This document shows positions 25,457 through 36,875 of a stretch of DNA of 64,000 nucleotides, piece after piece; positions within the stretch are counted from its first letter, which is position 1, and every line of letters starts with the position of its first letter. Made by a program: the position numbers and the translations under genes. Below the pieces are notes generated by a model, which worked only from the letters and a program-made list of their open reading frames with translations, was not told the origin of the DNA and made no database searches. Source of the DNA: Takakia lepidozioides (taxonomy: Eukaryota > Plantae > Bryophyta); assembly GCA_030704615.1 (NCBI GenBank), contig CM060731.1:2542001-2606000 (forward strand), given 5' to 3'.

Positions 25457-26442
25457 TGTCACGCGGCTTTTGCTCACCCATCCCTTCGTTATCCGAGGCG
25501 GAAACTCCAAGATAGAAGAGTTGGAAATCTCTAAGCACTCAGCCCGCTCCGAACAATCAGTCATGACCTACAGCTAGTGTATCATGGGGGTGTTTCCTAT
25601 TTGTTTTCCTTCCCGCATTCATGCTAGCTAGTTACCTTACTGTTGGTAATTAAGTATCAGTTTGCTTCAGCAATCTATCGGATTCCATCATCTCATCCAT
25701 TCATTCCACAGCTTCACTCAGATCTCTCTACACAGTATGAGTATGAAGTGTGTATCAGATTAATATCTATCAAGTATCAGGCTGAAGCCATGGAGTCTCT
25801 AATCTGCTCTACATTACAATTCTACTGCTTGCATTCATTAAGCATCAACAGATCGTCCTCCTCCTACTCCGTGCTCTCCCTCTTTCTGCTCAGAGATACG
25901 CTCTCTCCTTCATTTCCCCTCCAGTGATGTCCAAAGTCCCCCCAAGAAGTGCTCCCCCACTCCTTCCAGCAGTGTTTCCCCCCAGAAGTGATCCTCTTCC
26001 CGTCCTCGCTCTTGGCTTTATCTTCCTACCCGTTGTTCTAACCGTTTCCCTCACTAACCGTCATCCGTGTACTAACATGTTCCATTCGCAGATGTTGTTC
26101 CCCCCAGCCGTTCCCTGTCCTGCTATCCGTTCCCTATGGTCGTGACAGCTGTGTCAAGCTGTGACGGGCTGTGACGGCTATGTCTGGCTGTGTCTGGCTG
26201 TATCGGCTGTGTCGGACTGTGACGGGCTGTGTCAGACTGTGACGAGCTGTGTTGGCTGTGACGGGCTGTGTCGGACTGTGACGAGCTGTGTTGGCTGTGA
26301 CGGGCTGTGTCGGGCTGTGTAACCCCCCTCCAAAGTGCGCTGCTGTCACCCCTAAGGCTCCTGTTGGTCTCAGTCTGTGCAAAAATTAAGGGTACCTCAC
26401 AGATCCCGTAAAAGTGTCTAAGTCCCAAGCAGCCTTCTAACA
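25457..26442 (-). repeat. 3' LTR (986 bp) with internal 10-bp-period CACAGC repeats
   Basis: TGTTAGAAGGCTG...CGTGACA on the minus strand, directly after the PPT. Confidence 0.9.
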
Positions 26443-26484
26443 TTTACCCCTCCCCCTCTCAAAAAGCCGTGTCCTCACGGTTTA

Positions 26485-29400
26485 CTATTTGGGATTAGCA
26501 AACCTTTGTGAGTGAGCACCCTTCTGACGTTGAGAGTCTCGTGAAGGACTCTGTGTTCGAGCCCGAGGTCTGTCACTGGTTGACGGAGATGATTGAACAC
26601 TACCTGGATATGTGAGGCCCTCTGGAGGTTGATATCGAGGTAATCTTTCAGGCATAGGAGACCCCCGTCGCTTCTTCTCTGCCATCTGAATTGCATAGTC
26701 TTCTCCCATGTCAAAAGAGTCCGCTGAAGAAACAGTTGTATCAGAATCCTCATCGCCTCTCAGGTGTTTTAACTGCTGAACTTTTTGTGGAATCCTCTGG
26801 GGCATACAATGTTGTCCTACCATGTCTGGAAGTTTAAACTGCAAAACTTGTTGTAAACGCTGAATGGCAAAATTGGTGAAGACCTTAAGCTCCTTGTCTG
26901 TCCAGGTGAGTGGGGTACCAATGACTTGGGAATTGTGCAAGTATTTCCATGCCTCATGTCCCTTAAAGAAAATATCGTCAGGGCCGAATTTCTGTGTTGA
27001 CAAATTGTTCCAGGCCACTTGAAACCATGAACGAATTTGAGAATCCTTTTGCATCATAACTTTTGCCTCATATAGGTACATATGAGGTGGCACTGAAGGT
27101 AAGACCCAGTGATCCCCATTGGAATAACTCAGAAAGCGCGATTGCATCTTGTGCTGCTCAATGTGATAACGTACCAGAAAACAAGCAGCGTAGTATAACC
27201 CGCAGCCCATGACAATACTTGCTACCTCTTTGGTCTTGGTATAAATAAATCCATGTACAACTTGGAAGGCAATTAATTCCTTCAACATGGTACCTGCCTC
27301 ATGCCAGTACTGTGCAAAGTGATGATCCTCAATTGGTCGATTGTTCGGAAGAACTTTAGTCCTAGTTGCCACTGGCAGCCAAATGCGCATGATTTGATAG
27401 TAATGTGCCAATGACTACGGAGGACTAAATTATTTCCAAGCCAAATCCAACACAATGGGAATTTGGTTGAAGGGCATAATCATAGCCCTATTGTACTCCC
27501 TTGCAGCTGGAGTTTTAGGTGGGTTAAAAGCAGCATTCCCCCATACCTCAGGCTGTGGTGGCTGTGGTGTGGCTGTAGTAACAACATGATCAGCTACTGG
27601 CACAGTGACTTGTTGTGGTGTTGGTGGCACTGGCTCTTGTACCATTGGCATCTCCTGCACCTCCTGTGAAGAAGACTGAAAAGCCAAAGTTCTGGCTTGT
27701 AAATAAGAAGCCATTAGCTGTTCCTCAGGTATACAGACTCTCTTGTCGATATTTGAAGTGAGGTCCTCCACTTGAGTCTGCAGGCCGTCTACATCCTCCT
27801 GTAACTCCGCTATCCTACTATAGACATTGTCTATAGTAGTTGTGGCAATGTTCTGCACTTGCAGCCTGAGCTCATTCATCTCGCTTTGGGTGAGCTTTCG
27901 TGGTGCTTTGCCCTCCACTGGCCCTTGTGCTAACCAGACCTGCATAAGGTGGTTATCCACCAAGTTGCTTGTGGTACCTCTGAGAGTGTGCTCCTCTCTG
28001 AGTTTGTACACATCTAACTGCTGTTGTAAAGCCTCCATGCGCTTCGCATGAGGTTCAACCAAATTCGCATAGGCAGCAAGCAGATTATTGGCTTCCTTCC
28101 AAGCCTTGTTAGTGACCGAGATTTCATTTCTATTGGCCATGACCATTTGTTGCAACTCCAGGATGTGCCTCTCTTGGTCAGCTTCAACCTGCATGTATTG
28201 CTTGAAAGTATCCTCATTGCGACAGATTGTATTCTTCATATCAACAATGAGTTTCACTTGCTCAACATTCTCTTCTTCTGCCTTTGTACATCTTTCCGCT
28301 TGACTGTTTATTTCTTTTGTAGATTGGTCAAGCATAGTTGTGAGTGTAGCACATTGTATGGCCATCCTGTCATGCACTGTCTGCAACTCCATATGTAGTG
28401 CATTCACTTATTGCAACTTGCTTTCATGCTTCACCTGCATTTGGTATAGCTGTTGCTTATGTGCTTCGTGCAAGTGGTCTTGCGCGAGGCCTGCCTCAAT
28501 CAATTGTTCCTTGGCCAATTGCAAAGCCGCTTCTGTACTCTCCAAGTCTTGCTGCATCTTGAGAGTGACCTCTTCATCGACCTTGTTTGCACACTCTGTG
28601 GCAAGTCGAGCCTCAAACTCTTTCCTGAGTTCCTCCCTCAAAGCTGCCAATTGAGTAGTGGGAACATGGGATTTGACATAAGTACCCAACAAATTAAGTG
28701 TCCTGCTTATGGAACTCATAAGCATAGCCTGTTGAGGGTCATCTTGGTGAGCTTGCTGCTGTTCTCCCTGATCCTCAACAGTGTGATGCCTTACTAACCA
28801 CTCAGGCCATTGCCCCACCAGATTTTCTTCCTGAACCACTTCATCCGTCACCGGTGCTGCAGTGTCTTGACATTCTACCTGTGGTACCTCCGTCACAGGT
28901 GTGTGTATTATATGCACCGCAGGGTTTCCCTTGGACAACCGTTGCACCTCCGGAATCACTGTGTCCTTGACCATACCAGAATATTCATAGAGAAGGTCCC
29001 CCTTCTCAATTTCTGCCACCACCTGTTCTGTAGTGGGAATATCTAACCCTTCTTTTTCTAAATCAATTATTTCTGGTTGAACTGCATGGACAACTTGTGG
29101 TAACTTTGTGATAAGCCGATCATCTGGTTGTGATGGCTGTGATACTGAAGTAACTTCCTCTTCCCTCTCTGAAGGTCCTGCTTCCAGTAATAGCAGTTCT
29201 CTGTGCTGTTGTGCCCCTTCCTGCACAAAAACTTGGGAAACATTATCATGCGGATTCCGTGAAGCCAGTGGATCCGCCACTACAGTCTTTCCCTGCCTCT
29301 GTCTCTTATTCTCGGGTTGCCCTGCCAGTCCACCCTCACTGTGTGAAGAGCCTTGCTCTTCCATTGCAGTGGTTTCTGGCTCAAACACTCCCATCTCCTT

Positions 29401-30255
29401 TCTTTCTCGAGCATCAAGTATGCCAGAATCCAGAATTATTTGAGCAATGATTGGGCCAGACACTATGATAGGAGACTTTGCGGCAGTCCCCTGTAATCTT
29501 TTCATCTCCTCTACTAGTGCGTTGTACATTATGTCCGTCCATTCTACCTCTTCTCCTCTCAGGGCTTTGAGTATTTCTTCTGTGAAGGATATGCTCAAAT
29601 ACTGTTGGTTCTGTTTCATGGCAAACAGAACGTTCAATACCTGGCCTACCTCCCTTAGCCCTGGGTACACGGCCTTGGTACAAGCATAACCCTGAGTTTT
29701 AAAGAAACTCCCTTCTTGGAATAAGTCCCCTATTTGCAGTCTTGCCCTGTGCTCCTCCACATGCACCTGACCTACTGGTAATCGAAACAATTGCTGTAGG
29801 TATAGGGGAGTAATTACTAATTCAACTCCCTTCACCGTTGTTGCTCCTGTCCTTGGCTCAAAGTTCTGCAAGAATTGTAACATGTACTGTCTATGGTGCA
29901 ATGTCCAATTTTTGCTTTGCAATCCTTCCAATCGCAGCTCTTTCAGTAACTTTACCGCCTGTGGAGTAGCAATCGTTTGTTTCTGTAGGATTGTGGTGCT
30001 CTTCACCCTGATTTCTTCCATTCCTTTGGCTCTCTTCATTCTAGACCCAAAGAAATGTTTTGGCTGTAACAATTGAAGAAATGCCTGCAGGGCACAAAGC
30101 ATAAACGTATGGTTGCCACAAAAAGCTATGGGTAATTTCTTGTAAGCCTGCGGGGCTTGCAAGCATCGATCAAGAGAAAAGATCCGCTCTGTTGTTTCGT
30201 CCCTATGCCACTGCGTAAGTAATATTGCGAGCGTATAGTCTGTTAGTTCCTCCAT
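26485..30255 (-). pseudogene. Extra sense-strand ORF (~1250 aa if joined) between integrase and PPT; long coiled coil; N-terminal region resembling 'putative plant transposon protein' of Athila/Tat extra ORFs
   Basis: ORFs 28408-31434, 27430-28407 (same frame, one TAA) and 26485-27411; QFLQNF...TVKGVELVIT...LFRLP motif. Confidence 0.6.
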
Positions 30256-30759
30256 AGCTTCAAAGCCATAGCATTGATGGTTTGTCCCGTCGAGACGCCC
30301 GTTACTTAGAATGACGCCGACTCTTGCGCTTAAATTCCCTCCAATTTCTTGATTCCTTTTCTGGCTTTTGATTGGCTGTAACCGCTGTGACTGGATTTTA
30401 GATTTAATTTTCTTTAGTGGACTTTCCCTGCTGGACTGTCCACTAGGATAACACATGTGACAAGAATTTCGCTTTTCTGTACTTGCCGTTTGTTCTGTTG
30501 CCCCTTTTCCGTATTCATTAATGGGCCCGCCATTCATTCGAATTGACGTGCTAATTAGGTATTTTGACGGCCATTCTGGTCCTCTTTCTTGATGACATCT
30601 GTTCTTGCACTTCCTTCTCAGTCGTGTGTTGTGCCTTGACTTCCACGTGTCCCTTTCTAAACTGGCTTCCGTCCTTTCTTCTGCCGGCCATTTCCCTGAA
30701 GTTATCCTGCGTCCACCTGTCACTGATTCTATGGATTGTGTAACCCTAGTAGGCTGTGT

Positions 30760-31050
30760 TAAGCTGTGACAGGCTGTGTCATACTGTGGTACGCCGTGAT
30801 AGGCTGTGATACACTGTGGTAAGTTGTGATAGGCTGTGACACGTTGTGGTAGGTTGTGATATGTTGTGTCGCGCCTTGATGGGCTGTGATAGGCTGTGTC
30901 ACGTCGTGATGGGCTGTGATAGGCTGTGTTGCGCCTTGATGGGCTGTGATAGGCTGTATTGCGCCTTGATGGGCTGTGATAGGCTGTATCACGTCGTGAT
31001 GGGCTGTGATAGGCTGTGTTGCGCCTTGATGGGCTGTGATAGGCTGTGTC
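30760..31050. repeat. 30-bp tandem repeat (GCGCCTTGATGGGCTGTGATAGGCTGTGTT), ~6 good plus ~4 degenerate copies
   Basis: Directly visible; translates as TAYHSPSRRN repeats. Confidence 0.92.
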
Positions 31051-33948
31051 GCGCTTGTTCTGCCCGCCCTGGTCATATATGCTCGGCCTAGCGACAAGTG
31101 CTCCATACTCCGTTGGTAACACAGGCGCAGCCTGTGACTGCTTTTGCGTTTCAACATGCAAATCATGCTGCAATGGTTTGTCATGGATACCACTGTACCC
31201 CTTCAACTTATTGGCATTTACTCTTCCCAGCATTTCTTTGTTAATGGTTTGTAACATGGCGGTGTTGTTATCATACATCTTTTGTATGACATAAGGTCCT
31301 TTCCATGGTGATTTAAGCTTAGAAGATTTAATCTTTCCCTTCTTCTGCAACCATAGAACCAAATCTCCCATCTTAAAAGTTTTTAACTTGCCTTCATCAA
31401 ACTGTTCCTTCCTCTTCATCTGAATTCTGGTCATATTATCAGCTCATCAGCACGTACTTCTTCCACATGGTATAATTCATGTTTCCTGACCTTAATGGAA
31501 TCTTGCAATTCCATTCTCTTTCCCATTCCGTTCTCATGGTAGGTAACAGGAATTCCACTGGAAGTAAAGCTTCCATACCATAAACTAATTGGAATGGTGT
31601 ATACTTAGTGGGTGACTTTATATGAAGTCATGTATGACCACAAAGCTGTCAGCAGCTTTGTATCCCAATCCGTTCTGTTTGCATTGACTATCTTAGTCAA
31701 GATAGTACATAGTATTTTGTTGGTAGCCTCTGCCTGCCCATTACCCTATGGGTAATATGTTGTACTCTTCCTATGCACAATCATGAACTCTTTAGTCAAT
31801 AATTCAATGGTCTCATTAATGAAGTGACTTCCCTGATCACTGATAAATTCCAAGGGACAGCCAAATCGTGTAAGTATGTTCTCATACAGGAACCTTGCTG
31901 TGGACTTGGCTGTGTTGTCCCTCAAAGCTTTAGCTTCCACCCACTTCGTAGTATAATCAGTGGCTGTAATTATGTACATGTTCTGTGTATTCTTGGCTGG
32001 TGGGTTAATTGGTCCAACAAAGTCTAGTCCCCATTTCTGAAATGGTTTCGTAGGCATTGTAGGATGCAAAGCCATCTTCCCAGATCTCTGCAATAAAGGT
32101 CCTAGCCTCTGACATTCATCACAACTTTGACAATACTTGTGTACATCTTTGAACAAAGTAGGCCACCAGTAACCTGCAGTAGTATTTCCTGCTGGTAGTC
32201 TCTTCTCCAAAATGACCTCCTGCCACTCCTTTATGAACTTCCTCCAAAACTTTATTAACTTCATGGTGGTATAAGCATCGCTTCAGCACTCCATCTGGTC
32301 CTAGCTTATACATTCTGCTTCCTACCATAGTGTAAGTAGAGCCTTCATAGCAATTCTCTTTCTCTGCTCCTTTCCATAACTTGGTGGGCACTGACCATGA
32401 GCAAGGTAGTATCTGATTGGCACCTGCCAATCTAACCAGTCATCTGCACTTCCCTGCACCTCCACTGCAAATAGACTTGCATCTGGTAATTGATCATCCT
32501 CTCCCTCCCGTGGCTGGTTCTCCTGTTGATAACCGTGACAAGTGATCCGCCACAAAGATGCAGCCTCCCAGGCTTGTAAACAACCTCGAACTCAAACAAA
32601 ACTCATGCAGATTATCACCGTCTTGCTATTCTTCTTTCCGCTTATCAGAGGTTGTGTTTTACCAGGTATAATCAGAGCCTGGTGATCCACATAGAACATA
32701 AACTTCTTGCCCAACAGGTAATGCCCTGAATTTCTCTTCACTGCATAGATCATTGCCAATGCTTCTCTTTTTCCGTTGTGCTATATTTCTTTCGGCATTG
32801 TTCATCAATCGGCTAGCATAGTACACAGGTGAATCTATCCTTCCTATAACATTTTGGGCTAACTGCTCCTAGTGCTTCTCCAGAAGCATCACAGTGAACA
32901 TGAAATATTTCCAGTTCAAGAATACATGGAGGAGAATTACTGGAAGTGTGCAAATGTTCAGATGCCTATCGATAGCTCTCACCCTGATTGGATTTGGCTA
33001 GCGAGATATGCAAATCCCCTAGGGATTACTGACCCTTGTGTGTTTTTAGGTATGTTTCCCTCTCTTTGTTTTCAACTTCTTCTTTTTATGTCAACAGATG
33101 CGTCTTAGAGTAGTAGGTTAAGAGGTTAGAGAGGGTCAGTAAGCACGGGAGGTCTCCCGTCCCTGCTGCACACCATGAATCTGAAAAGTCTACTGATTTG
33201 TCTCATGGATTGGTTTGTGTGTCCCAGTCAAGGCCAAGCGTCGGATGAAGTCAACATCCGACAAGAAAAATGATGGCCATACCAAACCAACAGGCCAGGA
33301 GGGTCTCTGGAGGTATATGAGTATTTCTGAGGAGGAGATCTGTTGGCGAGGACAACGCCCTCAAATAGATGCACGACAACGGAATGTCCATGTGGGGAGA
33401 TCTGGGATGAGAGTAGAATCCGCTACCCATTCTTACTAGTCGGATGACAATCTTCCACCAGTTGGGATATTGTAGATAATGTACATTGACAATGACGCTA
33501 TTCTCTAAGCGCAAATTATGAATACAAATGGTTCATTACTTTTTATTCATTTCATGTCAGAGCGATGGACATCATGGCTGTGCTTTGTGTTCTCTGTGTA
33601 CTCTTTGTTCGGTTTTGGAATTCATTACTCATGTCGTTATGAGAGGTATCATCACGGGAGATCTCCCCTACCTGACTATGTGCATGTTTTGGTTTCGTCA
33701 TCACACCCGTCAGACTCTTGTAGACTAGAAAGCGTGAGTAAGGATGGGAGACCTCCCGTCCTCTGTGCCTTTCTATGTGTGCTTGTTCCTGTCAGACCCC
33801 TCATTCTCCGGTGGCTTTGGGGGGTTGTTGTAACTTGTGCATGTTTCCCTATCAATTTAATTTGACTACTGCTGATGTGTATCGCTTGGGAGGGGAGACC
33901 TCCCGTCCATCCTGGTTCGCATGTTTTTTGTGCGTGGAGCTATGACTT

Positions 33949-34016
33949 GTTGATTTGGAGAACTTCAAATCAACCTCGTGTTAACACGAGGTTGATTTCA
34001 AGTTCTCCAAATCAAC
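33949..34016. repeat. 68-bp loopless palindrome (1 mismatch)
   Basis: GTTGATTTGGAGAACTTCAAATCAACCTCGTGTT|AACACGAGGTTGATTTCAAGTTCTCCAAATCAAC. Confidence 0.9.
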
Positions 34017-34169
34017 CTTATATTAACACGATGTTGTTTTCTTAGAACTAAAATCAAGATGTGGATTCACAAGAGGACATACACTGAGAGACACTGGACT
34101 TGAACACTCATTCCATAACAAGTTGTAGTCAAGGAAAACACATATTTCTTTATGTCAAGTGCATGCTGT

Positions 34170-35379
34170 CTATGGGCTTGTATCCCGCTGTAGAAGTGTG
34201 TTGACTTCGTTGAAACTCATAGTGGCTTGGTGAATGAAGAAGTCGCGCTTCGGATCACAAACCATCCTTCTCAAGAAGACAAAATAAAGATGTTTGCACG
34301 GTATGAACTTCCCTCTCTTTCCCAAACTACTTGAAAGCATACCAACAAAATCAGGACAGGTGCAATTGGGAAAATTGGAAACAGTGATGTCGTATGTCCT
34401 GTCCTGCAGGGCAGATGCGGATGAGATCATGGTGAAGACCCAATCGTACCCTAGATCAGGCACTTCCATTGTTCCCACAACACGAGCGTGAAGCATTCTC
34501 GCGGACTCGTTTTTGCCGTAGTGTTCTGCGGTTGGAGGGAATCGTCGAACGAGCTTCCCATTATGTCTGGTTGGCCACAAGTGAGCGTCACCTGGAGGTA
34601 CCCGCGTACCGCTTGAACTTGAAGCACCTCCACGTGCAATGGAATGTCTGGCTAGGGAGAAACCCGCCTCTTCCAGCATTGCGATCTCTTGGTGAGTGAG
34701 ACATGTGCCCATCTTCACAGGCCACACGGTTGGTGGAGTAGGCTTCCTCACCACGGAGGGCCTCACTGTCCCACGCACACATCTCCTGCAATTGTCAGCG
34801 CAGAACCAGAACTTGTGGTTCTTTGCCTCTCCTTGTCCGTAAGGGAGAAACAAACCACTGAATGTAGGAGCTGCAGTGCGTTCTTTGCCTCTGGATATTA
34901 AAGATGTACATTTTTCATGATTGGTGGCCCTAATCGCCGCGCATTTCACACGCGATCCAGCACTTGTGCGTTCTATATGCCAAACCTCATCCAAGCACAT
35001 GGACTCCATTACATGCGGCACCATGTTCTGGTCTTCAACCATTGCAGCGACAGTGCTTGATGCAGGGGTCCGGTCTAGGGCTGAATGGCCCTCACCTGTG
35101 GATGTTCCGCAATTCCATCTTTGATCCAAGGGAACACGTGGAATGGAGAAGTTGACCCTGTCCGCCCTATGGGAATCTGCATCCGATCCGGGTGGGGTGT
35201 CCAATTTTTGTTTGCAAGACCCGAATCTCTCTTCGCCTTCCGGATGGGGAACTCTACCCATGAGAGGGGTGCCATCTGCACATATGCTCACTGCCCGCGC
35301 TATTTTGCTGGGATCCCCCGATCTTTTGGCTCCCACAACATCAACTCGCTCCTGCCTGGGCCTTTGCCACCAAGGCCAC
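34170..35379 (-). pseudogene. SWIM zinc-finger ORF, probable C-terminal part of a Mutator-like transposase, 5'-truncated by an LTR
   Basis: YDITVSNFPNCTCPDF...CKHLYFV (SWIM CxC...CxH); upstream Cys motif WFCADNCRRC. Confidence 0.72.
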
Positions 35380-36267
35380 TGTTAGAGGGCTGCTTGGGAC
35401 TTAGATGCTTTTACGGGTTATGTGGGGTACCCTTAATTTTTGCGCAGACTGAGACCAACAGGAGCCTTAGGGGTGGCAACAGCAGGCTTTAGGGGGGTTA
35501 TACAGCCCGACACAGCTTCGCACAGCCAGTCACAGCCCGACACAGCTTTACACAACCAGTCACAGCTTCACACAGCCCGGCACAGCCTAACACAGCCAGT
35601 CATAGCTCGGCACAGCTTGACACAGCCTGTCACAGTACATAGGGAACAGTTATCATTGACAAGGAACAACTGTGAGGGAACGACATCTGCAGAGGGAACG
35701 GGTTACTTGAGGGATGATGGTTAGTTAGTTAGGTGGTTAGAACAGCTTGGGGGTAGATAAAGAGAGCGGCAACGAAAAGAAGGGGACTTGATGGGGAGCG
35801 CTTCTAGGTCATGAATGGGAGGAGATCAGGCGGAGAGGAGGAACGAGAGCACGGAGAAGCAGGAGAGTTGAACAGTAGATGCTTGTTACATACAAAGCTG
35901 TAGTGATATTGTAGGGGAGATGAGTGTCACCATGGCACTGGCTTGATAACTGATAAATCATAATCTGATACTTATTCGATACAATCGCACTGTGTAGAGA
36001 TACATGAGTGAAGCTGTGGAATGAATGCATGATTTACTGGAATTTAGTAGATACTGAGGCAATCTGATGCTTCAGTATACACGGTAAGGTAAATTGATAA
36101 CATGAAGGCGAGAAGGAATACAAATAGGAAGCACAACCATGATACACTAGCTGCAGGTCATGACTGATTGTTCTGAGCGGGCTGAGTGCTTAGAGATATC
36201 CAACTCTTCTATCTTGGAGTTTCCACCTCGGATAGCGAAGGGATGGGTGAGTAAAAGCCGCTCGACA
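35380..36267 (+). repeat. 5' LTR (888 bp)
   Basis: TGTTAGAGGGCTG...CTCGACA; homologous to 25457-26442 and 61238-62155. Confidence 0.9.
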
Positions 36268-36269
36268 TT

Positions 36270-36287
36270 TGGCGACCATACTGGGGA
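36270..36287 (+). promoter_or_regulatory. Primer-binding site TGGCGACCATACTGGGGA (probably tRNA-Arg)
   Basis: Two nucleotides after the LTR end; begins TGG; resembles Tat/Ogre Arg-type PBS. Confidence 0.7.
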
Positions 36288-36840
36288 ACTGGGTCATGAA
36301 CAGCCAGATGTGACAGGCATCTGGTGGGATCATGGTGGTTGGAGAATTAAAGAATTTGATGTGAATCAAATTCCCTGTGAAACTGAGAAGGAAAGATTAT
36401 CCAAACAATTCTTTCAGAGGTTCTTGGAATTGCCAGACGGTTGTAAAGAAAACATTCTTAAGAGAGTGCATGATGCTAACCCTGAGTGGGGTCTGGAGAA
36501 AGGAGTGATAAAGATTTATCAGGTGGCCTGTAGAGGAAGAGCACGTTGGTTACCAACACTGGTTTATGTGATAGCATTGCTATCCATTAAGCGAGTAGAG
36601 TTTGAAGGCTGGGAGGAAAGGAAGGTGAATGTTTATACTCATATGCATGAGGAGCTTGTACTGGTAAAGAATTGGATTCCAAAGGATGTTCTGTGGAACA
36701 AACTCGCACCAAGAACAACTTTCCAGACTTGTTTGCCATATGGTTATATGGTAACGGAGACTTCTAGTATAGCCAAGGGTGCATTGAAGCTTGAAAGAAA
36801 CCCAGGCATATACGGGAGATACTACAAAAGAGAGTTTTGA
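36270..36840 (+). CDS. Extra ORF upstream of gag, unknown function
   Basis: Open frame 36160-36840; homologous pieces at 56034-56170 and 62156-62390. Confidence 0.5.
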
Positions 36841-36875
36841 TTATTGCCACATTAAAGAAATGAAAGACATGGGAC

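Larger units (their letters stand above)
25457..32910 (-). mobile_element. Athila/Tat-like Ty3/Gypsy 3' half: RNase H (degenerate), integrase, long extra ORF, PPT, 3' LTR
   Basis: Integrase H...GHF...CQSCDECQ, WGLDFVGP, SDQGSHF, WKGPY; PPT GAGAGGGGGAGGGG at 26447-26460; LTR homologous to those at 35380 and 61238. Confidence 0.9.
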
